A stretch of DNA of 64,000 nt from an uncultured delta proteobacterium (lineage in GTDB: Bacteria; Myxococcota; Kuafuiibacteriia; Kuafuiibacteriales; Kuafuiibacteriaceae), in contig CAWDML010000003.1 in the NCBI GenBank assembly GCA_963803435.1, positions 224,001 to 288,000 on the forward strand. Direction: 5' to 3'. The notes under the pieces were generated by a model. That model was not told where the DNA came from. It was given only the letters and a program-made list of their open reading frames with translations, and ran no database searches. Every line of letters starts with the position of its first letter. Position 1 is the stretch's first letter. Below are positions 55,928 through 64,000 of this stretch, piece after piece. Position numbers and translations under genes: made by a program.

Positions 55928-55970
55928 GCCGCTCACCGTTCCGCGTTTGCTGCGTTCGGTCGTTCGGCTC

Positions 55971-56783
55971 CTAGTTGCGCCGGTCCCAGTACGCCGTCGA
56001 CGTCACGTCCAGCTCGCCATCGCGCACGAAGTCCCCCGCGCTGCGGGAGGAGACGCCGATCGCCACGCCTGCGCCCACCGCCACCACGGCCGCGCCGATC
56101 GCGGTCCAGAACCACCAGCGCCGGGTGATCGGGACGTTCGCCGAGGCGGTCACGTCCGCCGCCGGCGGTGGGGGTGGGGCGAGCGCGGGGGCGGGGGGCG
56201 GCGCGGGCGGAGGGGCGGGCGCGGGGACCGGGGGGAACAGGACGTGGACGCGGGTGGTCTCACCGGCCCGGACGTCGACGGTCTCGCGGAAGTTGCGGCC
56301 GTCCGGGATCTGGATCGAGATGCGGTGCGGGCCGGGCTCGACGCGGATGGTGTCTTCGGGGAGGGGGAGCGGGGCGTGGTCGTCGAGGGCGAGCTTGGAG
56401 CCTGCGGCATCGGTGACGAAGGCCAGCTTGCCGACCTTGTCGTCGAGGTGCGCCATCTCCTCCTCGGCCTTGCGGTAGCGGCTGTCCTCGGGCTCGAGGC
56501 CTGCGTCGGAGAGGAACCGCTGGTAGTGCTCGATCGCCTCGAGCGGACGGTCGCAGGCCGCGAGCGTGCGGGCGAGGTTGTAGTGGATCTTGGGGCTGGG
56601 GAAGGTGTCGTAGGCCTCCTGGAAGCTGGCGAGCGCCTCTGAGAAGCTGCCGGCGTCGAAGAGCTGGTTGCCGCGGGTGACCAGGTCGCCAGCGCGGCGC
56701 TTGGCCTCCTCGACGTCCACGCCGGCGGTGGCCGGGAGGGCGTACGCGAGCGTGAGGAGGAGCGGCGGAATCGCCCGGATCAC
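55971..56783 (-). CDS. Exported TPR + PEGA-like protein
   Basis: Signal peptide; GNQLFDAG.F.EALASFQEAY TPR; Pro-rich linker; RRWWFWTAIG hydrophobic C-terminus; coupled to the kinase. Confidence 0.8.
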   Translation of the reverse strand: MIRAIPPLLLTLAYALPATAGVDVEEAKRRAGDLVTRGNQLFDAGSFSEALASFQEAYDTFPSPKIHYNLARTLAACDRPLEAIEHYQRFLSDAGLEPEDSRYRKAEEEMAHLDDKVGKLAFVTDAAGSKLALDDHAPLPLPEDTIRVEPGPHRISIQIPDGRNFRETVDVRAGETTRVHVLFPPVPAPAPPPAPPPAPALAPPPPPAADVTASANVPITRRWWFWTAIGAAVVAVGAGVAIGVSSRSAGDFVRDGELDVTSTAYWDRRN

Positions 56784-58258
56784 AGCTCGTCGGCTCCGAA
56801 CAGATCGGTTCCTGGGGGCGCGCGCTTCTTCGAGGTGCGGCGACGGTGGCTCGTGCGGCGCCGGACGTGGCGGCGCGCGGGCTCGGCGCTCTCGACGACG
56901 GGCTCGTCGCTCACCGCGGCCGGCGGGGGCGACGGGGGCGGCGGAGGCTCGGGGGTGGCGAGAACCGGCTCCGGGGGCGGGAGTGGCTCAATCTGCGGAT
57001 CGTCGTGGCGTCCGAACCAGAGCACCACGGCGAGGGCCACCGCCAGGCCGAGCATCCCGAAGGTGACGCCGAGGGCCGCGATCGGATCGACGCGCCGGCG
57101 CGGCTCTGGGAAATCGATGGTCTGGAAGGCGGCGGCCGGCGGGCTGCCGTAGACGTCGGAGATGTCGCGCTCGCCCAGATCCGGCGCGACGTCGAGGAAG
57201 TCCTCGTCGGCGTCCGAGGCGGCGCGGCTCAGGCTGGCCGAGTTCTCCTCCGTGGCGATGGGCTCGAACGGCGGTGGGTGCTCGAGCGCGGCCTTCTTGA
57301 CCAGCTCACCGCGGGCCTTCTTGCGCTCGGGAAAGACGGCGTCCATCAGACCGGCGAGCGCGCTCGGACCCACCAGGGTGGAGCGGGTCGACAGGAACGC
57401 GCGCAGATCTTCGGCGAGGTCGCGGGCGCTCTGATAGCGCTCGCTCGGATCCCGCTCGAGCGCGCGCAGCACGATGCGCTCGAGCTCGGCCGGATAGTCG
57501 GGGTGGAAGCGCTTCGGTGATGGGATCACCTTTCGCATCACGCGATCGATCGTCGCGAAGTCGTTGTGGGCCTTGAAGAGGCGCTTGCCGACCGTGGTCT
57601 CCCAGAGAACGACACCGAGCGCGAACACGTCGGCGCGACGATCGACAGCCTCGGTGCGGATCTGCTCGGGCGACATGTACGCCGCCTTCCCCTTGCGGAC
57701 GCCCGTGCCGGTGTGGCTGAGACGGTCGGCCGCCTTGGCGATCCCGAAGTCCACGACGCGCACGATGCCGTCGTAGCCGACGAGCACGTTTTGGGGTGAG
57801 ACATCCCGATGGACCACGCCCTTCGCGTTGCCGTCGAGACCGCGGAGCTCGTGGGCGGCGTGGAGGCCCTCGGCGGCGCACGAGATCACGTACGCGGCGA
57901 GGTCGCGCGGGAACGGGCGCCCCGCCTTCCAGGTGTGGGTCAACAGGCTCGCGAGCGTCTCACCGCTCACATAGTCCATGGCGATGAAGTACTGACCGTC
58001 GTGCTCGCCGACCTCGAACGTCTGGACCACGTTCGGGTGGTGGATCATGGCGGTGATACGCGCTTCGTCCAGGAACATGTCGACGAACGCTTGGTTCCGG
58101 CAGAGATGCGGAAGCAGCATCTTGATCGCGATCAGGCGCTCGAAGCCGCCCGGACCCTCCGCGCGCGCAAGGTACAGAAAGCCCATGCCGCCCGTGCCGA
58201 GCTCGCCGAGCACCTGATACCGCCCGACCTGCGTGGGGAGTGGACCGCCCGTCGCCAC
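56780..58258 (-). CDS. Membrane Ser/Thr protein kinase
   Basis: LGTGGMG, IAIK, HRDVSPQN, DFGIAK, YMSPEQ, one TM; GTG start at 58258 is inferred. Confidence 0.92.
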   Translation of the reverse strand: MATGGPLPTQVGRYQVLGELGTGGMGFLYLARAEGPGGFERLIAIKMLLPHLCRNQAFVDMFLDEARITAMIHHPNVVQTFEVGEHDGQYFIAMDYVSGETLASLLTHTWKAGRPFPRDLAAYVISCAAEGLHAAHELRGLDGNAKGVVHRDVSPQNVLVGYDGIVRVVDFGIAKAADRLSHTGTGVRKGKAAYMSPEQIRTEAVDRRADVFALGVVLWETTVGKRLFKAHNDFATIDRVMRKVIPSPKRFHPDYPAELERIVLRALERDPSERYQSARDLAEDLRAFLSTRSTLVGPSALAGLMDAVFPERKKARGELVKKAALEHPPPFEPIATEENSASLSRAASDADEDFLDVAPDLGERDISDVYGSPPAAAFQTIDFPEPRRRVDPIAALGVTFGMLGLAVALAVVLWFGRHDDPQIEPLPPPEPVLATPEPPPPPSPPPAAVSDEPVVESAEPARRHVRRRTSHRRRTSKKRAPPGTDLFGADEL

Positions 58259-58329
58259 CGGAAATCGATTATCCGGGGTCGAGGCTCGGCCCGCCAGATG
58301 AAAGCAGGCTATGATGCGGTGCTCTGCGC

Positions 58330-59607
58330 ATGATGAAGGGTGCTCATTGTGTGTTTGGGTGGATGTGGGTCGCGCTGGCGCCAATCGCCGCCTGCCACGC
58401 GGATCCCTGCAAGGGTGCGCGCCCCACGGTCCACCTGGATTTGGTCCTCGAGGGGGTCACCGCCACCGAGGTGCGGTCCCTCGAGATCCTCCTCGACTCG
58501 GGGGAGGACCACTTCCGGCGCGTCTACAATCTCGCTGACCAGCTCGCTGATGGACGCACTTCGCTCAGCATCGAGATTGTCCCCCCGCCGCCGTCCGAGT
58601 TCGAGCTGACCTTCGACGTTCGAGGCTTCGACGCGCCCGACGCGACGGGCGCGGTGGTGGCGTCCCGCGTGCTCACGATGGTGGCCGAGCCGAACGGCTG
58701 CAACGAGGCCGAGCTGACCCTCAGCCCGCTCCCCGGGAGGGACGCGGGGGTCGACGCCGGCGTCCCGACCAAGGACGGCGGCAGCCCGGACGGGATGACC
58801 GACGCGGGGCGCGCGGACGAGGACGGCGGATCGCCGGACGCGGAAACGGCGGACGGCGCCGAGCCGGATGCGAGCGTCGATACCGGAGTGGACGCCGGCT
58901 GTCCTGACGACGACTCGGACGGCGTGTGCAACGCAGACGACAACTGTCCCTTCACGTTCAACCCCGGACAGGAGGACTCGGACGGCGTGGCGGCGTTCCC
59001 GATCCCGTTCGCGCCGGTCGCCGTCAACGGTGGCGTGCCGGTGCCGGGCTGGACGGAGGACGACGACTCGGTGAGCATCCCGATCCCGTTGACCTTCGAC
59101 TTCCAGTTCTTCGGCGTGACCCGCACGCAGATCCGTGTCTCGACCAACGGCTTCTTCACGTTCTCCCAGACCCAGGACGACGGCTGCTGCGAAGGACAGG
59201 CGATCCCAGACTCGTCGACGCCGAACGAGCTGGTCGCGCTGGCCTGGAGCGATCTCGAGGTGCCCGGATACCAGGCGGATCAGGTCAGGTTCCAGGTCGA
59301 CGGCGTCCCGCCCGAACGTCGCTTCGTGCTCCTGTTCGATCTCGTCAACGTGTGCTGCGGCACCAACGAGCCACCGGTGAACGTCGAAGCGATCCTGTTC
59401 GAGGGATCGAACCGCATCGAGATCCACACGTTCGAGCAACCCCCCAACGACGGCTTCACCCGCGGCATCGAGAGCGCCAATGGAGCTCGGGCGGCCTACC
59501 TCCCCGGCGAGGCCGCCGCGGGCTTCGCGCTCTCCGAGGACGCCGTCGCTTTCACGACCGGTCCGCTCCCCGATGGGATCGGCGACGCCTGCGCGAACGC
59601 CCACTGA
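58330..59607 (+). CDS. Lipoprotein with thrombospondin type-3 repeat and nidogen-like domain
   Basis: IAAC lipobox; [23 protein letters not shown]...DGIGDAC; FDFQFFG..IRVSTNG, WSDL. Confidence 0.75.
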   Translation: MMKGAHCVFGWMWVALAPIAACHADPCKGARPTVHLDLVLEGVTATEVRSLEILLDSGEDHFRRVYNLADQLADGRTSLSIEIVPPPPSEFELTFDVRGFDAPDATGAVVASRVLTMVAEPNGCNEAELTLSPLPGRDAGVDAGVPTKDGGSPDGMTDAGRADEDGGSPDAETADGAEPDASVDTGVDAGCPDDDSDGVCNADDNCPFTFNPGQEDSDGVAAFPIPFAPVAVNGGVPVPGWTEDDDSVSIPIPLTFDFQFFGVTRTQIRVSTNGFFTFSQTQDDGCCEGQAIPDSSTPNELVALAWSDLEVPGYQADQVRFQVDGVPPERRFVLLFDLVNVCCGTNEPPVNVEAILFEGSNRIEIHTFEQPPNDGFTRGIESANGARAAYLPGEAAAGFALSEDAVAFTTGPLPDGIGDACANAH

Positions 59608-59651
59608 CATTCACGAACGATTCGAGTAGGGATCGCTCGGGCGGACGCGGG

Positions 59652-60101
59652 ATGGTGCGGCTTCGACTTCGACCGATGGCGGGCCGGCCGCGCGGACTTC
59701 CGATCCCGTCGTACGCGACGACCGGCGCGGCCGGTCTCGATCTGCCTGCGGCCGAGGCGGTCACGCTCGTCCCGGGCGGGTGGGGCGCCGTAGGGACGAA
59801 GCTCGAGATCGAGCTCCCGGCGGGGTACGAGGCGCAGGTCCGGCCGCGGTCGGGGCTGGCGCTCCGCCACGGGGTGACCGTGCTGAACGCGCCCGGCACC
59901 ATCGACGCCGACTATCGGGGCGAGATCCGAATCATTTTGATCAACCACGGGCGCGCGCCGTTCGCGATCACGCCCGGCGATCGGATTGCGCAGCTGGTGG
60001 TGGCGCCGGTGGCGCGGGTGGAAGTGGAGGCGGTGGAAGAGACCGATCCGCTCACCCCCACCGCGCGGGGCGCAGGCGGGTTCGGTCACACGGGTGCGTG
60101 A
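59652..60101 (+). CDS. dut: dUTP diphosphatase
   Basis: [38 protein letters not shown]. Confidence 0.97.
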   Translation: MVRLRLRPMAGRPRGLPIPSYATTGAAGLDLPAAEAVTLVPGGWGAVGTKLEIELPAGYEAQVRPRSGLALRHGVTVLNAPGTIDADYRGEIRIILINHGRAPFAITPGDRIAQLVVAPVARVEVEAVEETDPLTPTARGAGGFGHTGA

Positions 60102-60225
60102 GAACAACTATCCCGTGTCGTACCGGTCGTTTGGCGATTGATCTTCGGGTGGTTCCGGTGATTCCTTGGAGGCGGTCCGGCCTCGTTCGGGTTTCACCTT
60201 CCCACCGGACCACGGGGAGTCACGA

Positions 60226-63200
60226 TTGCTCTGCTATCGATGCGGGAGTCACGTCCAAGACGGCGCTGAGAAGTGTTGGAACTGCGGAACGATCCTCTCC
60301 GCTTCCACGCGGCGCGGAACCTCGACCGCCGAGCTGCGCGCACGCCAGCGAACCGGCAGTCGAGTCTTCGGTGTCGTCTTCAAGATCGGGGATCTGATCG
60401 CGAACCGGTACCGCGTGAAGGACATCGTCGGATCGGGGGGCGCGGGCGTCGTGTATCGCGCGCACGATCAGGAGATCGACGTCGACGTCGCGGTCAAGGT
60501 CATCAACGCCAAGCTGGTTCAGACCTCCGACGAGCAGCGTCTGTTCTCACGGCAGACGAAGATCTCCCGGAAGCTCTCGCACCAGAACGTGGTCCGCATC
60601 TACGACGAAGGCCGCGACGAGAAGCGCCCGTACTTCACGATGCAGTTCCTCGAGGGGCTCTCGCTGCGGAAGATCATCGACCTGCGCAAGGAGAAGAAGC
60701 AGACGTTCTCGCTGCCCGAGATCGAGCCGATCTTCAACCAGCTCTGCCAGGCGCTCGACTACGCCCACAAGACCACGTTCCACGGGAATCTGAAGCCGGA
60801 CAACGTCATCGTGCTTCCGGACCTGCTGAAGATCACCGACTTCGCGCTGCTCCGCGGGCTGCCGCGCAAGCCGTTCCTCGCGATCCAGAAGTCGCGCGGG
60901 AGCAACTTCCGGTACCTCGCGCCGGAGGTGCGGCTCGAGGTCCCCGACCTGACCAAGTCGGTCGACATGTACTGCCTGGGTGTCGTCCTCTGCGAGATGC
61001 TGACCGGGATCGTCCACGACGACGGGAAGCCCGAGCAGCTCTCCGTCGGGGCCACCGGCCTCGACGCGTCGCTGCTGTCGATCCTCAAGCGGGCGGTGGC
61101 GCGGGCGCCGAAGGATCGGTACGGACACGCCGCCGAGATGTACGAGGACGTCCGCTCGGTGCTGAGCAAGAGCGGAGCGAAGAGCACGCGCGTGCCGGCG
61201 CCGGTCGCCGATCCCGGGCCGGCGACCGAGGCCCCGACGCAGCGGCTCGACATCCGGAAGCACGGGGACCGTCCGGTCGCCGAGCCGGCCTCTGCGGCGC
61301 CCGAGGTCTTCGAGGTGGATCGGCCGGAGGCCCGGATCCAGGCCGCGGAGATGAAGGCCCCGGTCGAGGTCCAGGCGCGGATCGACGTGCCCGAGGCCCC
61401 GGAGGAGAAGCCGCGGGAGCCGTCGGAGACGTTCGCGCTGATCGACGACGACATGATCGAGAGCATGACGCCCTCGGTCGCCACTGCGCTGAAGAAGCAG
61501 AAGAACGGCGTGCCGACCAACGGTGCCGCGCACGAGGTTCACGCGCCCGAGATCCACATCGAGGAGGAGGTCGAGGACGAGCTCCTGATGGACGCGCCCG
61601 AGGTTCAGGAGGGCGAGCCGGCGGCCTTCGCGACCCGGACCGAGCCCGAGGACGAGACGCAGCTCCATGAGGAAGAGGAGCCGACCGAGGCGGCGCTCCT
61701 GGAGGAGATCGGCGACTCCGCGATCGAGCTGATCTCGGATCCGCGGGCCACCAACGTGCTGCGGGTCGACAACGAGGGCGGCCGGGTCAGCCAGGTCGAG
61801 ATCCGGAGCGCGCACCCGACCGTGCAGCCGGTGCCGCTGCCCGACTCCGCGATCCCGGCGCCGGCCTTCTCGCAGGTGGCGCAGGAGGCGACGCGCCAGG
61901 GCCGGCTCGACGTGGTCACGCCGGACGTCCCGGTGGCGCCGGCCGTCGTGGTCCGGGGAGCGCCGGAGAACGGCGGAGGCGCCGGGCCCACGATCCCGAT
62001 CTCGCGACAGGCGACGGAGGCGGTCGTTCGGAAGAAGCCGAAGGAGCGTCCGATGACGCGGCCGCGGATGGTGGCGGCGCAACCCAGCTTGCAACCGGTC
62101 GTGTCGACGATCCCGGGTGGCGTTCCTCCGCACTCCATCCTCGAGTCGAGGCCGCCCGAGCCGGTGCGACCCCAGACGATGCCCTCGATGAGCACGTCCG
62201 CGACCGGCCTGCCCTACGACCAATTCGCGCCGCCATCGTCGAACAACCGGGTGGTGTACTTCACCGTGGCCCTCTCGCTCTTGGCGGTGCTGGTCGCGAT
62301 GGGGATCGTGGTCAAGGTCATCAACGACAGCGCGTCGCAACAGATCGCGGCGATGCACACCGAGATCGCCGATCTCCGCAAGGTGGCGCTGCGCGCGGAT
62401 CAGGCGGAGAAGGTGGCGATGGCGCAGGCCGAGAGCGCCGCCAAGGAGGTCGCCGACGCCGCCAAGCAGGAGGAGGCCGCCCGGACCGCCGCCGCCGAGG
62501 CGCAGCGCAAGAGGGGGGAGGCCGAGGCCGCTGCGAAGCGGGCCGACGCCGAGGTCAAGAAGCGCGAGAGCGAGGCCAAGGCCGCCGCCGACGCGCGGGC
62601 GCGCGACGAGGCGAGGAAGAAGGCCGAGGAGGCGCGCGCCGAGTCGGAGTCCCGGCGCAAGACCGCCGACGTCGAGGCGAAGCGCGAGAAGGACGAGCGG
62701 GATCGGGCCGAGCGCGAGCGCAAGCGCCGCGAGGCCCAGGAGCAGGCCAAGGTCGACGCCGAGCGCCGCGCCGAGTCGGAGCGGGCGGCCAAGCAGCGCG
62801 CCGAGGAGAAGGCCGAGCGCCTGAAGGCGGAGCGCGAAGCGGCGGCCGAGGCCAAGGCCGACGCTGCCGAGGCGCAGAAGCAGAAGAAGGCCGACGAGGA
62901 GGCGCAGCAGAAGACCGCCGAGGAGGAGCGCCGCAAGAAGGATGAGGAAGACCGGCGCAAGCGGGAGGAGGAGGAGAAGAAGCTGGCGGCGATCGCGCCG
63001 GTGGAGGATGCCTCCTGTCCCAAGGGCATGGTGCTGGTGAAGGCGGGCGCGTTCATGATGGGAGCGCCGCGCAACGATCCCGAGCGCAACTTCGGCGACG
63101 CCAACTACGAATCTGTCGAGGTCGGCGCCTTCTGCATCGACTACTACGAGTACCCGAACGGCCGGGGCCGCGCGCCCACGACCCGTCTCTCGTTCAAGAC

Positions 63201-63588
63201 CGCCGCCGACCGCTGCAAGAAGCGCGGTAAGCGGCTCTGCAGCGAGGAGGAGTGGGAGAAGGCGTGCAAGGGGCCGAGCGGAAGCCGCTACCCGTACGGC
63301 AACGCCTGGAACCCGACGGCGTGCAACACCGAGGACGACGAGGGCAACGATTGGGAGGTCGGGAAGTCCGGAGCGTTCCGCAACTGTCGCTCGGGCTACA
63401 ACGTCTTCGACATGTCCGGGAACGTGGCCGAGTGGGTCTCCACCCAGGCCGGCGGCCGGGTGGTGGTGAAGGGCGGCTCTTCGGACCGTCCGGGCTACGA
63501 CGGCCGCTGTGCCGCCCGAAAGAAGGAGAAGCCCACCGCCACCGAGGAGCTCCTCGGGTTCCGCTGCTGCACCGAGCCGAGCAAGTGA
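60226..63588 (+). CDS. Zn-ribbon/kinase-like (probable pseudokinase)/TM/coiled-coil/FGE-sulfatase domain protein
   Basis: CYRC..CWNC; GSGGAG, VAVK, HGNLKPDN, DFA; TolA-like KEA-rich stalk; CPKGM, EEWEKAC, YPYG, DMSGNVAEW, GFRCC. Confidence 0.88.
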   Translation: MLCYRCGSHVQDGAEKCWNCGTILSASTRRGTSTAELRARQRTGSRVFGVVFKIGDLIANRYRVKDIVGSGGAGVVYRAHDQEIDVDVAVKVINAKLVQTSDEQRLFSRQTKISRKLSHQNVVRIYDEGRDEKRPYFTMQFLEGLSLRKIIDLRKEKKQTFSLPEIEPIFNQLCQALDYAHKTTFHGNLKPDNVIVLPDLLKITDFALLRGLPRKPFLAIQKSRGSNFRYLAPEVRLEVPDLTKSVDMYCLGVVLCEMLTGIVHDDGKPEQLSVGATGLDASLLSILKRAVARAPKDRYGHAAEMYEDVRSVLSKSGAKSTRVPAPVADPGPATEAPTQRLDIRKHGDRPVAEPASAAPEVFEVDRPEARIQAAEMKAPVEVQARIDVPEAPEEKPREPSETFALIDDDMIESMTPSVATALKKQKNGVPTNGAAHEVHAPEIHIEEEVEDELLMDAPEVQEGEPAAFATRTEPEDETQLHEEEEPTEAALLEEIGDSAIELISDPRATNVLRVDNEGGRVSQVEIRSAHPTVQPVPLPDSAIPAPAFSQVAQEATRQGRLDVVTPDVPVAPAVVVRGAPENGGGAGPTIPISRQATEAVVRKKPKERPMTRPRMVAAQPSLQPVVSTIPGGVPPHSILESRPPEPVRPQTMPSMSTSATGLPYDQFAPPSSNNRVVYFTVALSLLAVLVAMGIVVKVINDSASQQIAAMHTEIADLRKVALRADQAEKVAMAQAESAAKEVADAAKQEEAARTAAAEAQRKRGEAEAAAKRADAEVKKRESEAKAAADARARDEARKKAEEARAESESRRKTADVEAKREKDERDRAERERKRREAQEQAKVDAERRAESERAAKQRAEEKAERLKAEREAAAEAKADAAEAQKQKKADEEAQQKTAEEERRKKDEEDRRKREEEEKKLAAIAPVEDASCPKGMVLVKAGAFMMGAPRNDPERNFGDANYESVEVGAFCIDYYEYPNGRGRAPTTRLSFKTAADRCKKRGKRLCSEEEWEKACKGPSGSRYPYGNAWNPTACNTEDDEGNDWEVGKSGAFRNCRSGYNVFDMSGNVAEWVSTQAGGRVVVKGGSSDRPGYDGRCAARKKEKPTATEELLGFRCCTEPSK

Positions 63589-64000
63589 TCCCGCGCTACA
63601 CACCGGACGACGTGGGCGCGATCTGGACGGACGCGCATCGGGTCGAGAGCTGGCTTCGGGTCGAGGTCGCCGCCTGCGAGGCCATGGCGGAGCTGAGGCT
63701 GATCCCGGAGGCGGACGTGGCCGCGATCCGCGACGCGGCCGCCCGCTGCGACAAGGCGCTCCTGGCCCGAAGGGCCCTCGAGATCGAGGCGGTCACGCGC
63801 CACGACGTCATCGCGTTCCTCACCGCGTTCGAGGAGGTGGCCGGCCCGGTGGCGCGGCACGTGCACTTCGGGCTGACGTCGAGCGACGTCCTCGACACCG
63901 CGTTCGCGCTGCTGCTCCTGGAGAGCCTCGACATCATCGAGCGCGATCTGGCGGGGCTGCGGGCGGCGATCGGCGTGCGCGCACGCGAGCACGTGCACAC
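63585..64000 (+). CDS. purB: Adenylosuccinate lyase (5' part, runs off the window)
   Basis: GTG start, IPRYT..., W.RVEVA, TRHDVIAFL, HFGLTSSDVLDT. Confidence 0.93.
   Translation, partial: MIPRYTPDDVGAIWTDAHRVESWLRVEVAACEAMAELRLIPEADVAAIRDAAARCDKALLARRALEIEAVTRHDVIAFLTAFEEVAGPVARHVHFGLTSSDVLDTAFALLLLESLDIIERDLAGLRAAIGVRAREHVH

Noticed and set aside
62400-63000. Repetitive GAG/GCC/AAG-rich DNA (also 27700-27840) as a repeat array or CRISPR
   Set aside because: Low-complexity coding sequence for a coiled coil or acidic tail; no constant repeat-spacer period

Overview
High-GC bacterial chromosome segment, almost certainly from a Myxococcota (deltaproteobacterial) lineage, judged from an AsgB homolog, MYXO-CTERM-type tails, PEGA/TPR Ser/Thr kinases and a Zn-ribbon/GYF/TPR protein. 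It is mostly housekeeping: rplU-rpmA-obgE, atpDC, an orphan nuoM, purH/purD/purB, rpsT, mazG, pyk, rsmD, ileS, rimP-nusA-infB-rbfA-truB-rpsO-pnp and dut, with lipoproteins and kinases between them. I saw no tRNA, rRNA, CRISPR array, transposase or phage genes. Eight genes, including nusA, infB and purD, carry a single-base frameshift. All eight fall at GATTC on the coding strand and are repaired by GATTC->GATC, which points to a motif-specific consensus error at modified GATC. The best candidate for an undescribed system is 55-4430: three otherwise dissimilar ~150-aa proteins share a C-terminal APK(V/A)G(E/D)xxPExA tail. Two of them sit directly behind small Gly-rich amphipathic peptides, and both peptides are preceded by the same CGCAAC-N12-GACSCGATAA promoter-like motif. 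Other leads: a sigma54-type porin/lipoprotein/LTD-dikinase-like operon, a candidate sRNA with a 13-nt match to the pnp leader loop, and a REP-like element inserted in frame in ileS. All product calls come from motif recognition by eye; no database searches were run.
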